Under the pieces are notes generated by a model. That model had not been told where the DNA came from and made no database searches. It saw nothing but the letters and a program-made list of their open reading frames with translations. A stretch of 64,000 nucleotides of DNA from Clostridia bacterium (GTDB lineage: Bacteria > Bacillota > Clostridia > Oscillospirales > Acutalibacteraceae): assembly GCA_024404055.1 (NCBI GenBank), contig JAKSQS010000001.1, positions 3,404 to 67,403 of the forward strand. The letters are read 5' to 3'. A program made the position numbers and the translations under genes. Position 1 is the stretch's first letter. Each line of letters starts with the position of its first letter. Positions 1 through 9,560 of this stretch are shown piece after piece.

Positions 1-693
1 CACATCAGTATAAATTATATCCGCGCCCTTAACAGACTCCGGCGGATTTTCGGAAAATGAAAGCTTTGCGCCTGTTTTTTCGGCAATTTTTTCACATTCT
101 GCAATCAGTGCCTTGTCGGGGAAATATTTTTCCGGCGCACAGATTGTGAAATCCATGCCCATTTTTGCCGCACCGACCATAAGGGAGTTACCCATATTGT
201 ATCTCGCATCACCCATATAAACAAGCTTTATGCCTTCAAGATGCCCGAAATGCTCACGGATAGTCAGAAAATCCGCAAGTATCTGTGTGGGATGAAATTC
301 GTTTGTCAGTCCGTTCCATACGGGTACTCCGGCATATTTTGCAAGCGTTTCAACCCTTTCCTGCCCGAAGCCGCGGTATTCAATACCGTCAAACATTCTG
401 CCGAGCACCTGCGCGGTGTCTGCAATGCTCTCCTTGTTGCCTATCTGTGAGCTTTTCGGGTCAAGATAAACGGGATGCATACCCAAATCACTTGCCGCAA
501 CCTCAAACGAACAGCGCGTACGGGTGCTTGTTTTTTCAAATATCAGAACGATATTTTTTCCCTCACACATTCTGTGGGATATACCGTTCTTTTTTTCATG
601 CTTCAGCTTTGCCGCAAGGTCAAGAAAATAATTTATCTCCTCCGGCGTGAAATCAAGCAATTTAAGAAAATTTTTGTTTTTAAGACTTTCCAT
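1..693 (-). CDS. argF: ornithine carbamoyltransferase, truncated by the window edge (N-terminal ~231 aa present)
   Basis: Absent from the ORF track because it runs off the window. My reverse-strand translation from ATG (complement of 691-693) reads [61 protein letters not shown]. This gives the STRTR carbamoyl-phosphate motif, HPTQ, and the OTCase-type GDARxNMGNS block. It starts 5 nt after the argH stop. Confidence 0.88.
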   Translation of the reverse strand, partial: MESLKNKNFLKLLDFTPEEINYFLDLAAKLKHEKKNGISHRMCEGKNIVLIFEKTSTRTRCSFEVAASDLGMHPVYLDPKSSQIGNKESIADTAQVLGRMFDGIEYRGFGQERVETLAKYAGVPVWNGLTNEFHPTQILADFLTIREHFGHLEGIKLVYMGDARYNMGNSLMVGAAKMGMDFTICAPEKYFPDKALIAECEKIAEKTGAKLSFSENPPESVKGADIIYTDV

Positions 694-698
694 AAACC

Positions 699-2075
699 TT
701 ATTCCCTTATAATATTTCTTGCGTATTCAATCTGTTCTTCCACAGAGCTTATGCCCGTGCCGCCCCTGCTTATGCGCTTTTCAACGCACACATCAAGGTC
801 AACCGCCTCATATACATCGCTTTCAAACAGCTCATGGAACTCTTTGTATTTTTCAAGCGTAAGCGTTTCAAGCACCTCGCCGTTTTTAATGCACCATGCA
901 ACAATCTGCCCGGACACCTTGTAGGCACTGCGGAACGGCAGTCCTTTTTTCACAAGATAGTCTGCAAGGTCGGTGGCATTGATAAAGCCCTTCTGCGCCG
1001 CTTTTCTCATGTTGTCGCTTCGCACCGTGAGGGTTGCAATCATGCCTTCAAAAACATCCAGACACATTTTCACCGTGTCACAGGCATCGAAAACCGGCTC
1101 CTTATCCTCCTGCATATCCTTATTATACGCAAGCGGTATACCCTTCATCACCGTAAGCAGACCCATCAGGTCACCGTATACCCTGCCCGTTTTTCCGCGC
1201 ACAAGCTCCGCCATGTCGGGATTTTTCTTCTGCGGCATGATGGATGAGCCGGTTGTAAAGCTGTCAGACAGCTCAATAAACTTAAATTCCCAGCTTGACC
1301 AGAGAATAATTTCCTCCGAAAAACGGGAAAGGTGCATCATCAGCACGGAAATGCAGCTCATCAGCTCAAGGCTGAAATCCCTGTCGGAAACACCGTCCAT
1401 AGAATTGAGGCATATGCTGTCAAAGCCGAGCTTTTGCGCTTCAAACACCCTGTCCGTCGCATAAGTCGTGCCGGCAAGGGCGCAGCTTCCTATTGGGGAA
1501 ACATTCATCCTTTTACGGCAGTCGCGCAATCTGTCAACATCCCTCAAAAGCATCATAACATATGCCATCAGATGATGCCCGAAGGTGACGGGCTGGGCAC
1601 GCTGCAAATGCGTATATCCGGGCATGATAACACCCTTGTTTTCCTCCGCCCTGTCTGTAACCGTTTTGATAAGCGCAACTGTTTTTTCGATTATTTCATC
1701 AGTCTGCTCTCTCAGATAAAGGCGCAGGTCAAGCGCAACCTGGTCGTTTCTGCTCCTTGCGGTGTGCAGCTTTTTGCCCACATCCCCTATTCTATCCGTG
1801 AGAACCTGCTCAACAAACATATGGATGTCCTCAGCGTTTTCATCAATGGAGAGTGCGCCGGAGCTTATGTCCTCAAGAATACCGTGAAGCCCGTCAATAA
1901 TTCTGTCCGCTTCCGCCCCGGATATTATATTACAGGAGGAAAGCATCGCGGCGTGAGCCATGCTGCCCTCAATATCCTGCTTATACATTTTGCTGTCAAA
2001 AGAAATGGAGGAATTAAAATCATCCGCGATTTTATTTGTTATTCCGTCCGTTCTTCCAGCCCACATTTTAGCCAT
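699..2075 (-). CDS. argH: argininosuccinate lyase
   Basis: 458-aa ORF with the fumarate-lyase superfamily signature [12 protein letters not shown]. Lies between argG and argF on the same strand. Confidence 0.93.
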   Translation of the reverse strand: MAKMWAGRTDGITNKIADDFNSSISFDSKMYKQDIEGSMAHAAMLSSCNIISGAEADRIIDGLHGILEDISSGALSIDENAEDIHMFVEQVLTDRIGDVGKKLHTARSRNDQVALDLRLYLREQTDEIIEKTVALIKTVTDRAEENKGVIMPGYTHLQRAQPVTFGHHLMAYVMMLLRDVDRLRDCRKRMNVSPIGSCALAGTTYATDRVFEAQKLGFDSICLNSMDGVSDRDFSLELMSCISVLMMHLSRFSEEIILWSSWEFKFIELSDSFTTGSSIMPQKKNPDMAELVRGKTGRVYGDLMGLLTVMKGIPLAYNKDMQEDKEPVFDACDTVKMCLDVFEGMIATLTVRSDNMRKAAQKGFINATDLADYLVKKGLPFRSAYKVSGQIVAWCIKNGEVLETLTLEKYKEFHELFESDVYEAVDLDVCVEKRISRGGTGISSVEEQIEYARNIIRE

Positions 2076-2136
2076 AATATATTTCAGCGGTTCAGCCGTC
2101 AGAGCTTCTCACGACTGAACCGCACCCTTTCATTTA

Positions 2137-3363
2137 TTACTTGTTATTCTTCGCGTCTACAATCGCCTGAACCTTTATCGGCAGACCGTAAAGATTGATG
2201 AAGCCTGCGGAATCCTTCTGGTCGTAATCGCTTTCACCGAAGGTTGCGATTTCCTCGCTGTAAAGTGAATAGTCACTCCATACACCCGCCTTGATGATGT
2301 TGCCCTTGTAAAGCTTAAGCTTAACCTTGCCGGTCACCTTTTCCTGCGTCTTGTCAACAAACGCGGAAATAGCCTCTCTCAAAGGGGTAAACCACTGTCC
2401 GTTATAAACAAGCTCCGCAAATGTGATGGAAATTCTCTGCTTTTCGTGCATTGTAAGCTTGTCAAGGCAGATGCTTTCAAGTGCCTCGTGAGCCTTGTAA
2501 AGAATCGTTCCGCCGGGAGCTTCATATACGCCGCGGCACTTCATGCCGACAAGACGGTTTTCAACAATGTCAATAATGCCGATGCCGTTTGCACCGCCGA
2601 TTTCGTTAAGCTTGAGAATAATATCCTTTGCGGACATCTTTTCTCCGTCAAGAGCCACGGGTGCGCCCTTGTCAAAATCAAGAGTGATATATGTCGGCTC
2701 GTCCGGCGCGTCAACGGGTGAAACACCCATTTCAAGGAAGCCGGGCTTTTCATACTGCGGCTCATTGCCCGTATCCTCAAGGTCAAGACCCTCATGGGAA
2801 AGGTGCCACAGATTCTTATCCTTTGAATAATTTGTTTCACGGTTTATTTTAAGCGGAATATCATGTGCCTCGGCATAGTCGATTTCTTCCTCGCGGCTCT
2901 TGATTGTCCACTCTCTCCACGGAGCAATGATGGGCATATTCGGTGCAAAATGCTTTATCGCAAGCTCAAAACGAACCTGGTCGTTACCCTTGCCGGTGCA
3001 GCCGTGACAAATGGCATCCGCACCTTCCTTAAGCGCGATTTCAACAAGACCCTTTGCAATGCAGGGACGCGCATGGGATGTACCGAGAAGATAATCCTCA
3101 TACACTGCGCCAGCCTTCATGGTGGGAATGATATATTCATCAACATATTCATCCGTAAGGTCAAGAACATAAAGCTTGGATGCGCCGGTCTTTATTGCCT
3201 TTTCCTCAAGTCCCTCAAGCTCGTCTGCCTGACCGACATTGCCGGACACCGCAATAACCTCACAGTTATTATAATTTTCCTTCAGCCACGGAATGATAAT
3301 GGAGGTGTCAAGTCCTCCCGAATATGCAAGAACAACTTTTTTTATTGAATCCTTATTAACCAT
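2137..3363 (-). CDS. argG: argininosuccinate synthase
   Basis: PP-loop AYSGGLDTS near the N-terminus, and a typical ArgG body (..[13 protein letters not shown]..). I moved the start to the ATG at 3363 ([11 protein letters not shown]..), which follows GGAGAA. The longer track ORF (to 3456) would read through its own promoter. Confidence 0.93.
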   Translation of the reverse strand: MVNKDSIKKVVLAYSGGLDTSIIIPWLKENYNNCEVIAVSGNVGQADELEGLEEKAIKTGASKLYVLDLTDEYVDEYIIPTMKAGAVYEDYLLGTSHARPCIAKGLVEIALKEGADAICHGCTGKGNDQVRFELAIKHFAPNMPIIAPWREWTIKSREEEIDYAEAHDIPLKINRETNYSKDKNLWHLSHEGLDLEDTGNEPQYEKPGFLEMGVSPVDAPDEPTYITLDFDKGAPVALDGEKMSAKDIILKLNEIGGANGIGIIDIVENRLVGMKCRGVYEAPGGTILYKAHEALESICLDKLTMHEKQRISITFAELVYNGQWFTPLREAISAFVDKTQEKVTGKVKLKLYKGNIIKAGVWSDYSLYSEEIATFGESDYDQKDSAGFINLYGLPIKVQAIVDAKNNK

Positions 3364-3403
3364 AACTTTCTCCTTTTTACGCTCTGATGTAATTACTGCA
3401 AGG

Positions 3404-3432
3404 ATTATACATTCACCTGCCGCTTTTGTCAA
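3404..3432 (-). promoter_or_regulatory. sigma-A type promoter of argGHF: TTGACA, 17 nt spacer, TATAAT
   Basis: The minus strand reads cTTGACAaaagcggcaggtgaatgTATAATcc. The -35 is the complement of 3427-3432 and the -10 is the complement of 3404-3409. It lies about 40 nt upstream of the argG ATG. Confidence 0.7.
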
Positions 3433-3459
3433 GTCTTTTTCTTTGATTGAATGCATATT

Positions 3460-3477
3460 TTTGTATTTATATGCAAA
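3460..3477 (-). promoter_or_regulatory. candidate ArgR operator (ARG box-like 18-mer)
   Basis: The minus strand TTTGCATATAAATACAAA matches the classical ARG box TNTGAATWWWWATTCANW at 14 of 16 specified positions. It sits inside the palindrome TGCATA-n12-TATGCA (3452-3475), just upstream of the -35. Confidence 0.4.
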
Positions 3478-3615
3478 AATTATACAGAAACGCGAATATT
3501 TATACAGGATTTATGAAATATAACGAATTATTTTATCATAACAAAAAATTAAGCAAAATTATGTTATGGAAAAAGCGGAAAAAGTATGATATATTGTAAT
3601 AAATAAAGCGAAAGG

Positions 3616-4773
3616 ATGATGTATATGACAAAAATAATTGCTTTTTTCACCGCGTTATGGACTTTTCTGTGTCCGTTTACGCTTTGCCCGAAAACAGAGG
3701 TCAGCAAGGACGAATGGGACACAAATTACAGCTATGTATTTGTTCACGGCCTTTCGGGCTGGGGCAGCTATGACAGTGTGAACAAAATCATGCCCTACTG
3801 GGGTATGTTCGGCGGAAATCTGCATAAATATCTGAAAAAGCAGGGCTTCAACTGCTATGCCGCTTCCGTAGCTCCTCAGGGCAGCGCGTGGGACAGAGCG
3901 TGTGAGCTTTATGCCCAGCTCACGGGTACGGTGACGGATTACGGTGAGGCACATTCAAAAGAATGTAACCACGAGCGTTACGGCACGGACTTCACGGGGA
4001 AAGCACTCATTAAGCAGTGGGACAGCGAAAACAAAATCAACCTTCTCGGTCACTCCTTCGGCGGCGCAACGGTAAGAATGCTTGTCAGCCTGATGGCTCA
4101 GGGCGACGAAAACGAAAGAGCTGCCTCGGGTGAAAGCGTATCTCCCCTGTTCACGGGCGGAAAGGCGGATTGGGTTTATTCCGTCACAACGCTTGCCGCG
4201 CCGCACAACGGCACCACGGCTTATAATGTTGACGACAGCGAAAACGCAGGCAGCGACATGGACAAGGCAATGGCGCAGCTTGTTGAAAAGGCAAACGAGA
4301 CAGAAGACGACGGCAGGGCAAGAAAAGATTATGCGGATTATGATATGTATATTGATAACGCACTTGAGCTTAACAAAAAATTGGCTCTGCCTGAAAATGT
4401 CTATTATTTTTCCGTTGCCTGCACCTGCACAAAGATGAATGAGGACGGCACATACAGCCCCGACCGCAGCAGAATGGAAGCACTGTTCGTTTCCAGCGCG
4501 GAGGCAATAGGTCATTACACGGGCGCAACGGAAAACGGCTTTGTAATTGACGAAGCATGGCGCGAAAACGACGGACTTGTGAACACCTGCTCGGCAAAAG
4601 CGCCTATGTATCAGCCCTCGGCGGAGTTTGAAAAAAATAACATTCAAAGCGGAATATGGCTTGTTATGCCCGTTTTTTACGGTGACCATATGTCATTACA
4701 GGGCGGTATGTTTGTCAAAAACGATATGAGAGCATATTACGCAAACCATATGAATATGATAAATTCTATATAA
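3616..4773 (+). CDS. secreted triacylglycerol lipase-like alpha/beta hydrolase
   Basis: N-terminal hydrophobic signal-like segment. Oxyanion-type block VFVHGLSGWG and nucleophile elbow LLGHSFGGATV, as in Staphylococcus/Geobacillus-type lipases. The start could be 3616, 3619 or 3625. Confidence 0.65.
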   Translation: MMYMTKIIAFFTALWTFLCPFTLCPKTEVSKDEWDTNYSYVFVHGLSGWGSYDSVNKIMPYWGMFGGNLHKYLKKQGFNCYAASVAPQGSAWDRACELYAQLTGTVTDYGEAHSKECNHERYGTDFTGKALIKQWDSENKINLLGHSFGGATVRMLVSLMAQGDENERAASGESVSPLFTGGKADWVYSVTTLAAPHNGTTAYNVDDSENAGSDMDKAMAQLVEKANETEDDGRARKDYADYDMYIDNALELNKKLALPENVYYFSVACTCTKMNEDGTYSPDRSRMEALFVSSAEAIGHYTGATENGFVIDEAWRENDGLVNTCSAKAPMYQPSAEFEKNNIQSGIWLVMPVFYGDHMSLQGGMFVKNDMRAYYANHMNMINSI

Positions 4774-4861
4774 CAATCCTTGAACAGTCAAAATTTTTCT
4801 TTCTGCTATTGTATTTTTGTTTTATATCTGTTAATATAGGAAGAAAAAAGGGGGATTTTTT

Positions 4862-5722
4862 ATGAGCTTGAATTTCATCGACTGGCTTTCCTTCAAGGAT
4901 ATTTTTCCTGTTGCGGGAAGCGGAACATCGCTTGCTGAATTTTGTGCACAGTATTCGGATGTTCAGACAAACTGGTGCTACACGATAGCAGGACTTATCG
5001 GTATCATCATTCTTCTTATGAAGAAAAACAAAAAGTGGTATTGGTATGCTTTCCTTATCATTTATATGATAATGTCAGTTACCTCCGTCGGTATGCACAC
5101 CGCAAACTACGGCGAATTTGTGCGCGGTCAAATGACTACAAAGCTGCTTATGAGCTACATAGATATGTCACTGACCGAATATGTCGCATGGTCCGGCGTA
5201 TGCTGCTTCGCATTTGAATTTTATGAAGCAAACAAAAAGAAACGAAACATATTCCTGATTACGGAAACGGCAATTATGCTTGCAGTCATTATAACGCTGA
5301 CGATTGAAGTATTTGTGCTTCATGACCGTCCGCTTTATATCAGCAAGGAATTCTTTACAACCGGTGTTGCTCCTGCCATGGACGGAAAAACAGGCGGACT
5401 TTCCATTGCGGAATTCGGCTGCTTCCTTACGGCAGTACCCATCCTTTATCTTCTCATCTCAAACTTCAAATCCATGGAGAAAAACGAAAAAGCAATTCTC
5501 CTTCTTACAATCGGTACATTCCTTGTGGCTTTCATCGACACATCCATATGGGGCGACAACGAGATTGCGAACTTTGCTCTCGGAAATTATCAGGGACATT
5601 CCATCTGGCATATGCTCGGAGCCATTGCAGAGCTTGAGGTTGTATTCTGGGTTGACACCCGTGAGACCAACAAAAAGCTTAAAGCCATTAAGGCAAAGCA
5701 GCCGGCTGACATTGCCGCATAA
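4862..5722 (+). CDS. multi-pass membrane protein, alkaline ceramidase-like (CREST superfamily) hydrolase
   Basis: About 7 predicted TM helices. Candidate His/Asp/HxxWH metal-site pattern: SVGMHTAN, YIDMSL, GHSIWHMLGA. RBS AAGGGGGA lies upstream. Confidence 0.45.
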   Translation: MSLNFIDWLSFKDIFPVAGSGTSLAEFCAQYSDVQTNWCYTIAGLIGIIILLMKKNKKWYWYAFLIIYMIMSVTSVGMHTANYGEFVRGQMTTKLLMSYIDMSLTEYVAWSGVCCFAFEFYEANKKKRNIFLITETAIMLAVIITLTIEVFVLHDRPLYISKEFFTTGVAPAMDGKTGGLSIAEFGCFLTAVPILYLLISNFKSMEKNEKAILLLTIGTFLVAFIDTSIWGDNEIANFALGNYQGHSIWHMLGAIAELEVVFWVDTRETNKKLKAIKAKQPADIAA

Positions 5723-5743
5723 CAAAGCGATTATTTAAAATAA

Positions 5744-5776
5744 AGCCTCCGGCTGAGTCCGGAGGTTTGTTTTTTA
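5744..5776. terminator. bidirectional rho-independent terminator between convergent genes
   Basis: Stem CCTCCGG (5746-5752), loop ctgagt, stem CCGGAGG (5759-5765). Followed by TTTGTTTTTTATTTT and preceded by an A-run. Confidence 0.75.
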
Positions 5777-5778
5777 TT

Positions 5779-7491
5779 TTATCTTAGCGTGCGACGGAAA
5801 ACGGGTATGTTTTCCGATGTGAAGCTGAATCTTCCGCTTTTATATTTTTCTCCCGTGAAGAAGTCTTCCCATTCGCCCTCGGGCAGATATATTTCCCTTG
5901 TGTCGCTTTCAAAATCCGTAAACGGAGCCACAAGCATATCTTCACAGAAAAGATATTCGTCACAGATATTATATGTATTTTCGTCATCTGTATAGTCCAT
6001 AACAAGGGCTCTCACCGGCGGTACGCCTGTTTCTTTATAACGGTCAAACGCCTTTTTCAGCTCCGGCACAAGCGCCTTTCTGATGGAAAGTACCTGCTTT
6101 ACCTCGTCAACGCAGTTAAATTTCAGCCACGGAATTTCAGGACAGCTCCACGCATTGATAAGGCACTGAACGGAAAATGTCACCATCTGCAATCTTCTTA
6201 TCAGCTCTTTTTTTGTTGCGCCGTCTCTGACCTCCGGTGTCCACAGTATGCCGGAAAAGCCGGAGTTTACAACGCCCGTCAGAAACGCCGTGATATTTGA
6301 AAGGTCACTGTAAAGCACAAACGGATATGACGCGCCGAGAGCACCCATGCTGCGTATTTCGGACATAGTCGGCTTTTTATCAAGCCCCTGCATCATCGTC
6401 TTTGCATAAAGCGCACCGAACAGACTGTGATACTGCTCACCGTCAAGTCCCGAGGGGAACTGCGTATGGTTCGGGAATGTCCAGCCGCCCGTATAGTCGC
6501 TGCCGTCACATTCATCCGCCTTGAAGCCGTCTATGCCCATGGATGTAAGGTTTTCTTTATGATAGCCGGCAAAAATCTCTCTTGCCTCAGGCAGAGAAAA
6601 GTCAGGCACAAGTCCGCCCCACACACAGTAATCCGCGCTGTACGGCAAAAGCGCGTTATATATAGGTGAATCGGGATGCACAAAGGCGTGCTCCCACAAA
6701 TTGATGTGGTAGCCCATATCAATCAGCCTGTCAACAAGCTTTTTCGGCTGCGGAAATCTCTGCTTATTCCACACATATGTGCACGAATAGGCGTGAGTAT
6801 GCCAGCCGGGTTCAAGACCGAGAATATCGCACGGCACGCCGTTTTCCCGCATATACTCTGCCACTTCAAGTATCTGTTCATCGTTGTAGCCGCCGTTACA
6901 GCGGTACAGTACACCTAAAGCCCACTCGGGAACAGAGCATCCGCCGCCCGACATCATATTATACTGCGATACAATATCGGTGATGTTCTTTCCCTCTATA
7001 ACATAAACATCTATGCCGCGGCTGACAGGGATAAAAGCGGAAAATGTAACATCGTCCGCGCTTTTTCTGACGGCGTAAAGCTCTTCGGTAGTCAGCTTTA
7101 TTTCATCCGATTTATCCGACATTCCGTTTTCGGGCTTCATAACGCCGCAGTAAAATTCCGCGTATCTTGCCGTGTCAAAATACATTCCCCAGCCCTTGTT
7201 TGTCACGAAAAACGGAACAGGGGCATGGCTGTCGCCCGTGTCACGCGGCGCGTCCGCGTTGCAGCGCACAGTAACCTTTTTCCCGTAATGGTCAAAGGAA
7301 TAAAGCTGCAAGCCGAAACCGAAAATTTTCGTGTCGGGCGCAATGGAAAATTCAAGCACCGAGCCCTTTTGCGTGGTTTTGAAGGAAAAATCGCTTTCAC
7401 TGAACAGACAGTCCGTTTCAGTGTAATTAAAGCCGTCGCAGTAAGCGGACGGAACCTTTTGTTCGGGTGTACCGAAGGTAAATTTTTTCAT
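5779..7491 (-). CDS. glycoside hydrolase family 31 (alpha-xylosidase/alpha-glucosidase-like), cytoplasmic
   Basis: 570 aa with no signal peptide. The nucleophile block MGIDGFKADECDG resembles the YicI-type GVDCFKTDFGE. Confidence 0.65.
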   Translation of the reverse strand: MKKFTFGTPEQKVPSAYCDGFNYTETDCLFSESDFSFKTTQKGSVLEFSIAPDTKIFGFGLQLYSFDHYGKKVTVRCNADAPRDTGDSHAPVPFFVTNKGWGMYFDTARYAEFYCGVMKPENGMSDKSDEIKLTTEELYAVRKSADDVTFSAFIPVSRGIDVYVIEGKNITDIVSQYNMMSGGGCSVPEWALGVLYRCNGGYNDEQILEVAEYMRENGVPCDILGLEPGWHTHAYSCTYVWNKQRFPQPKKLVDRLIDMGYHINLWEHAFVHPDSPIYNALLPYSADYCVWGGLVPDFSLPEAREIFAGYHKENLTSMGIDGFKADECDGSDYTGGWTFPNHTQFPSGLDGEQYHSLFGALYAKTMMQGLDKKPTMSEIRSMGALGASYPFVLYSDLSNITAFLTGVVNSGFSGILWTPEVRDGATKKELIRRLQMVTFSVQCLINAWSCPEIPWLKFNCVDEVKQVLSIRKALVPELKKAFDRYKETGVPPVRALVMDYTDDENTYNICDEYLFCEDMLVAPFTDFESDTREIYLPEGEWEDFFTGEKYKSGRFSFTSENIPVFRRTLR

Positions 7492-7586
7492 AATAATACA
7501 TTCCTTTCAATAAAAAGCTGTACCTGACTAACATCAAAGCAGAGCGGTTTCCTTTAAGCCGGAAAGCCGCCCTGTATTATCTTTTC

Positions 7587-9560
7587 TTATTTGAGCTCAA
7601 ACGCGCCGGTATAAAGCTGATAGTATTTGCCCTGCTGCTCTATAAGTCCGGCATGGTTGCCCTCTTCGATAATCTCACCGTGCTCAAGCACAATAATATC
7701 ATCGGAATTTCTGACGGTGGAAAGCCTGTGCGCAATAACAAACACGGTTCTGCCCTCCATAAGCTTATCCATACCGAGCTCAATAAGCCTTTCCGTTCTT
7801 GTATCGACAGAGCTTGTTGCTTCATCGAGAATAAGCACGGGTGTATCGGCAATTGCAGCCCTCGCAATGGATATAAGCTGTCGCTGACCCTCGCTTATAT
7901 TCTGTCCGTTTGTGCCGAGCTGTGTTTCATACCCTTCGGGCAGCTTTTCAATAAAATCGTGGGCATTTGCAAGCTTTGCCGCCGCCACAACATCCTCATG
8001 CGACGCATCCAGTCTGCCGTAGCGTATATTTTCCTCCACTGTACCGGAGAACAGCTTTACATCCTGTAAAACAACCGCAAGCGAATGGCGCAGGTCGTCT
8101 TTTTTGATGTCCTTTACATCGATACCGTCGTAGGTGATTTCACCATCTTCAATATCATAAAACCTGTTAATGAGATTTGTAATCGTGGTCTTGCCCGCGC
8201 CGGTAGAACCGACAAAAGCAAGCTTTTTACCGCTTTGTGCTTCAAGGCTGATATTTTTGAGAACCGGCTCACCCTCCTTGTAGCTGAAGCTGACATTGTT
8301 AAAGCGCATAACGCCCTTTACGGGAATGCGAACTCCGTCCGGCTTCTCCCACGACCAGCCTTCGCCTTCCTCTTTTACAAGGCGAACCTCACCCTCGTCA
8401 ACCTCTCCGGGCATATCGAGAATTTCAAAAATTCTTTCCGCTCCTGCAAGCGCCGACATAAGAGAATTGTACTGTCCGGCAATGGTTGCAATCGGGTTGC
8501 CGAAGCTTTTTGAGTAATCCTTATAAACAATAAGGCTGCCGACATCCATTTTTCCTTTTATTACGAGATACGCACCCATAATAATGCTGACCGCATAATT
8601 CGCCCTTGAAATAAGCGAGAGAAGCGGCGACATAAGACCGCTGACAATGCCTGCCTTTGTTCCTGTTTTGCGATAATCCTCGGTTATTTTGAAAAATCCC
8701 TCTTTTACCTGCGCCTCATGGTTGAAAACCTTGATACATTTCAGACCTCTGATGTGCTCTTCAATATATCCCGTATAGTCACCGTTTATTTTGTGCTGCT
8801 TTTTGTAAAGCTTTGAGCTGACGGAGGATATGGATAGTATTACAAACAGCATAAGTGCAACCGTGCCGAAAAGTGTCAGCGTTATACGCCAGCTGTAATA
8901 AATCATCAGGGATATTGTAACCGCAAAGGTTATCACCGCGCTTATAAGCGAAATAAAGCCGTTACTGACAAGGGAGTTTATCGCTTCAACATCCGCATTG
9001 AAGCGGCTCATTATATCGCCCGTCTTGTGAGTGTCAAAGAAATTGAGCGGAAGGGTCTGTATATGGTCAAACAGCTCCCGGCGTATACCGTTTAATGCCT
9101 TCTGTGTAATTTTAAGCATCATCTTGCTGTATGCAAGGGTAAGAACTCCGCCGAGTATCGCAACGGCAGCAAAAATAACAAGATATTTTATAATATCAGC
9201 CACCGCCTGCTCTTTAGGAATATGCTTTTCACCCTGCATTATCGCGTATTCAAGGGTGTTGAATATCGGCTTCATCAGCACGGAGGAGCCCGCACTCATA
9301 GCCGATGAGAGGATAACGAGAAAGCACACAAAAATAATTCTTCCTCTGTACGGCTTAAGGTATGAAAGCAGTCTTTTTGTTGACTTTTTTATATCCTTGG
9401 GCTTGTTTTTGTTTTCTTTTTTCTTCTTTTCTCTTTCGGCTTTTTTCTTTTCTTTTTCAGCTTTTTTCTCTTCGGGAGTCAGCTTTTTCTTTTCTTCTTT
9501 GCTTTTTTGTTCCTTGTCTTTTTCTTCGGTCATTACATCGGGAGTTTTATTTTCTTCCAT
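7587..9560 (-). CDS. ABC exporter permease/ATPase, consensus-site subunit of a heterodimer (BmrD/TM288-like)
   Basis: 657 aa: a ~60-aa K/E-rich N-terminal tail, a 6-TM exporter domain and an NBD. Walker A GSTGAGKTT, deviant signature ISEGQRQ, Walker B plus catalytic Glu LILDEATSS. Shares nt 9560 with the stop of the upstream partner. Confidence 0.9.
   Translation of the reverse strand: MEENKTPDVMTEEKDKEQKSKEEKKKLTPEEKKAEKEKKKAEREKKKKENKNKPKDIKKSTKRLLSYLKPYRGRIIFVCFLVILSSAMSAGSSVLMKPIFNTLEYAIMQGEKHIPKEQAVADIIKYLVIFAAVAILGGVLTLAYSKMMLKITQKALNGIRRELFDHIQTLPLNFFDTHKTGDIMSRFNADVEAINSLVSNGFISLISAVITFAVTISLMIYYSWRITLTLFGTVALMLFVILSISSVSSKLYKKQHKINGDYTGYIEEHIRGLKCIKVFNHEAQVKEGFFKITEDYRKTGTKAGIVSGLMSPLLSLISRANYAVSIIMGAYLVIKGKMDVGSLIVYKDYSKSFGNPIATIAGQYNSLMSALAGAERIFEILDMPGEVDEGEVRLVKEEGEGWSWEKPDGVRIPVKGVMRFNNVSFSYKEGEPVLKNISLEAQSGKKLAFVGSTGAGKTTITNLINRFYDIEDGEITYDGIDVKDIKKDDLRHSLAVVLQDVKLFSGTVEENIRYGRLDASHEDVVAAAKLANAHDFIEKLPEGYETQLGTNGQNISEGQRQLISIARAAIADTPVLILDEATSSVDTRTERLIELGMDKLMEGRTVFVIAHRLSTVRNSDDIIVLEHGEIIEEGNHAGLIEQQGKYYQLYTGAFELK

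Noticed and set aside
1332-2198. 288-aa plus-strand ORF overlapping argH, and similar long antisense ORFs (3955-4689, 13403-14113, 19971-20849, 25987-26577, 30334-31152, 49650-50408, 55715-56539)
   Set aside because: Each lies opposite a confidently identified gene with family motifs. Their translations are Arg/Cys/His-rich or low-complexity and lack start context.
3364-3456. Longer argG ORF starting at 3456 (MHSIKEKDL..)
   Set aside because: The extension would include the consensus -35/-10 promoter and the GGAGAA RBS. ArgG homologs begin right at the ..[12 protein letters not shown] block.
7492-7586. Possible terminator between the ABC cluster and the GH31 gene (GCGGTTTCC..GGAAAGCCGC)
   Set aside because: The stem contains a bulge and is not followed by a U-run on the minus strand. 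The evidence is too weak to call.
9380-9540. Long pyrimidine-rich, quasi-repetitive tract that could be mistaken for a repeat array
   Set aside because: It is in frame within the ABC gene and encodes the K/E-rich tail. There is no spacer/repeat periodicity and no CRISPR-like structure.
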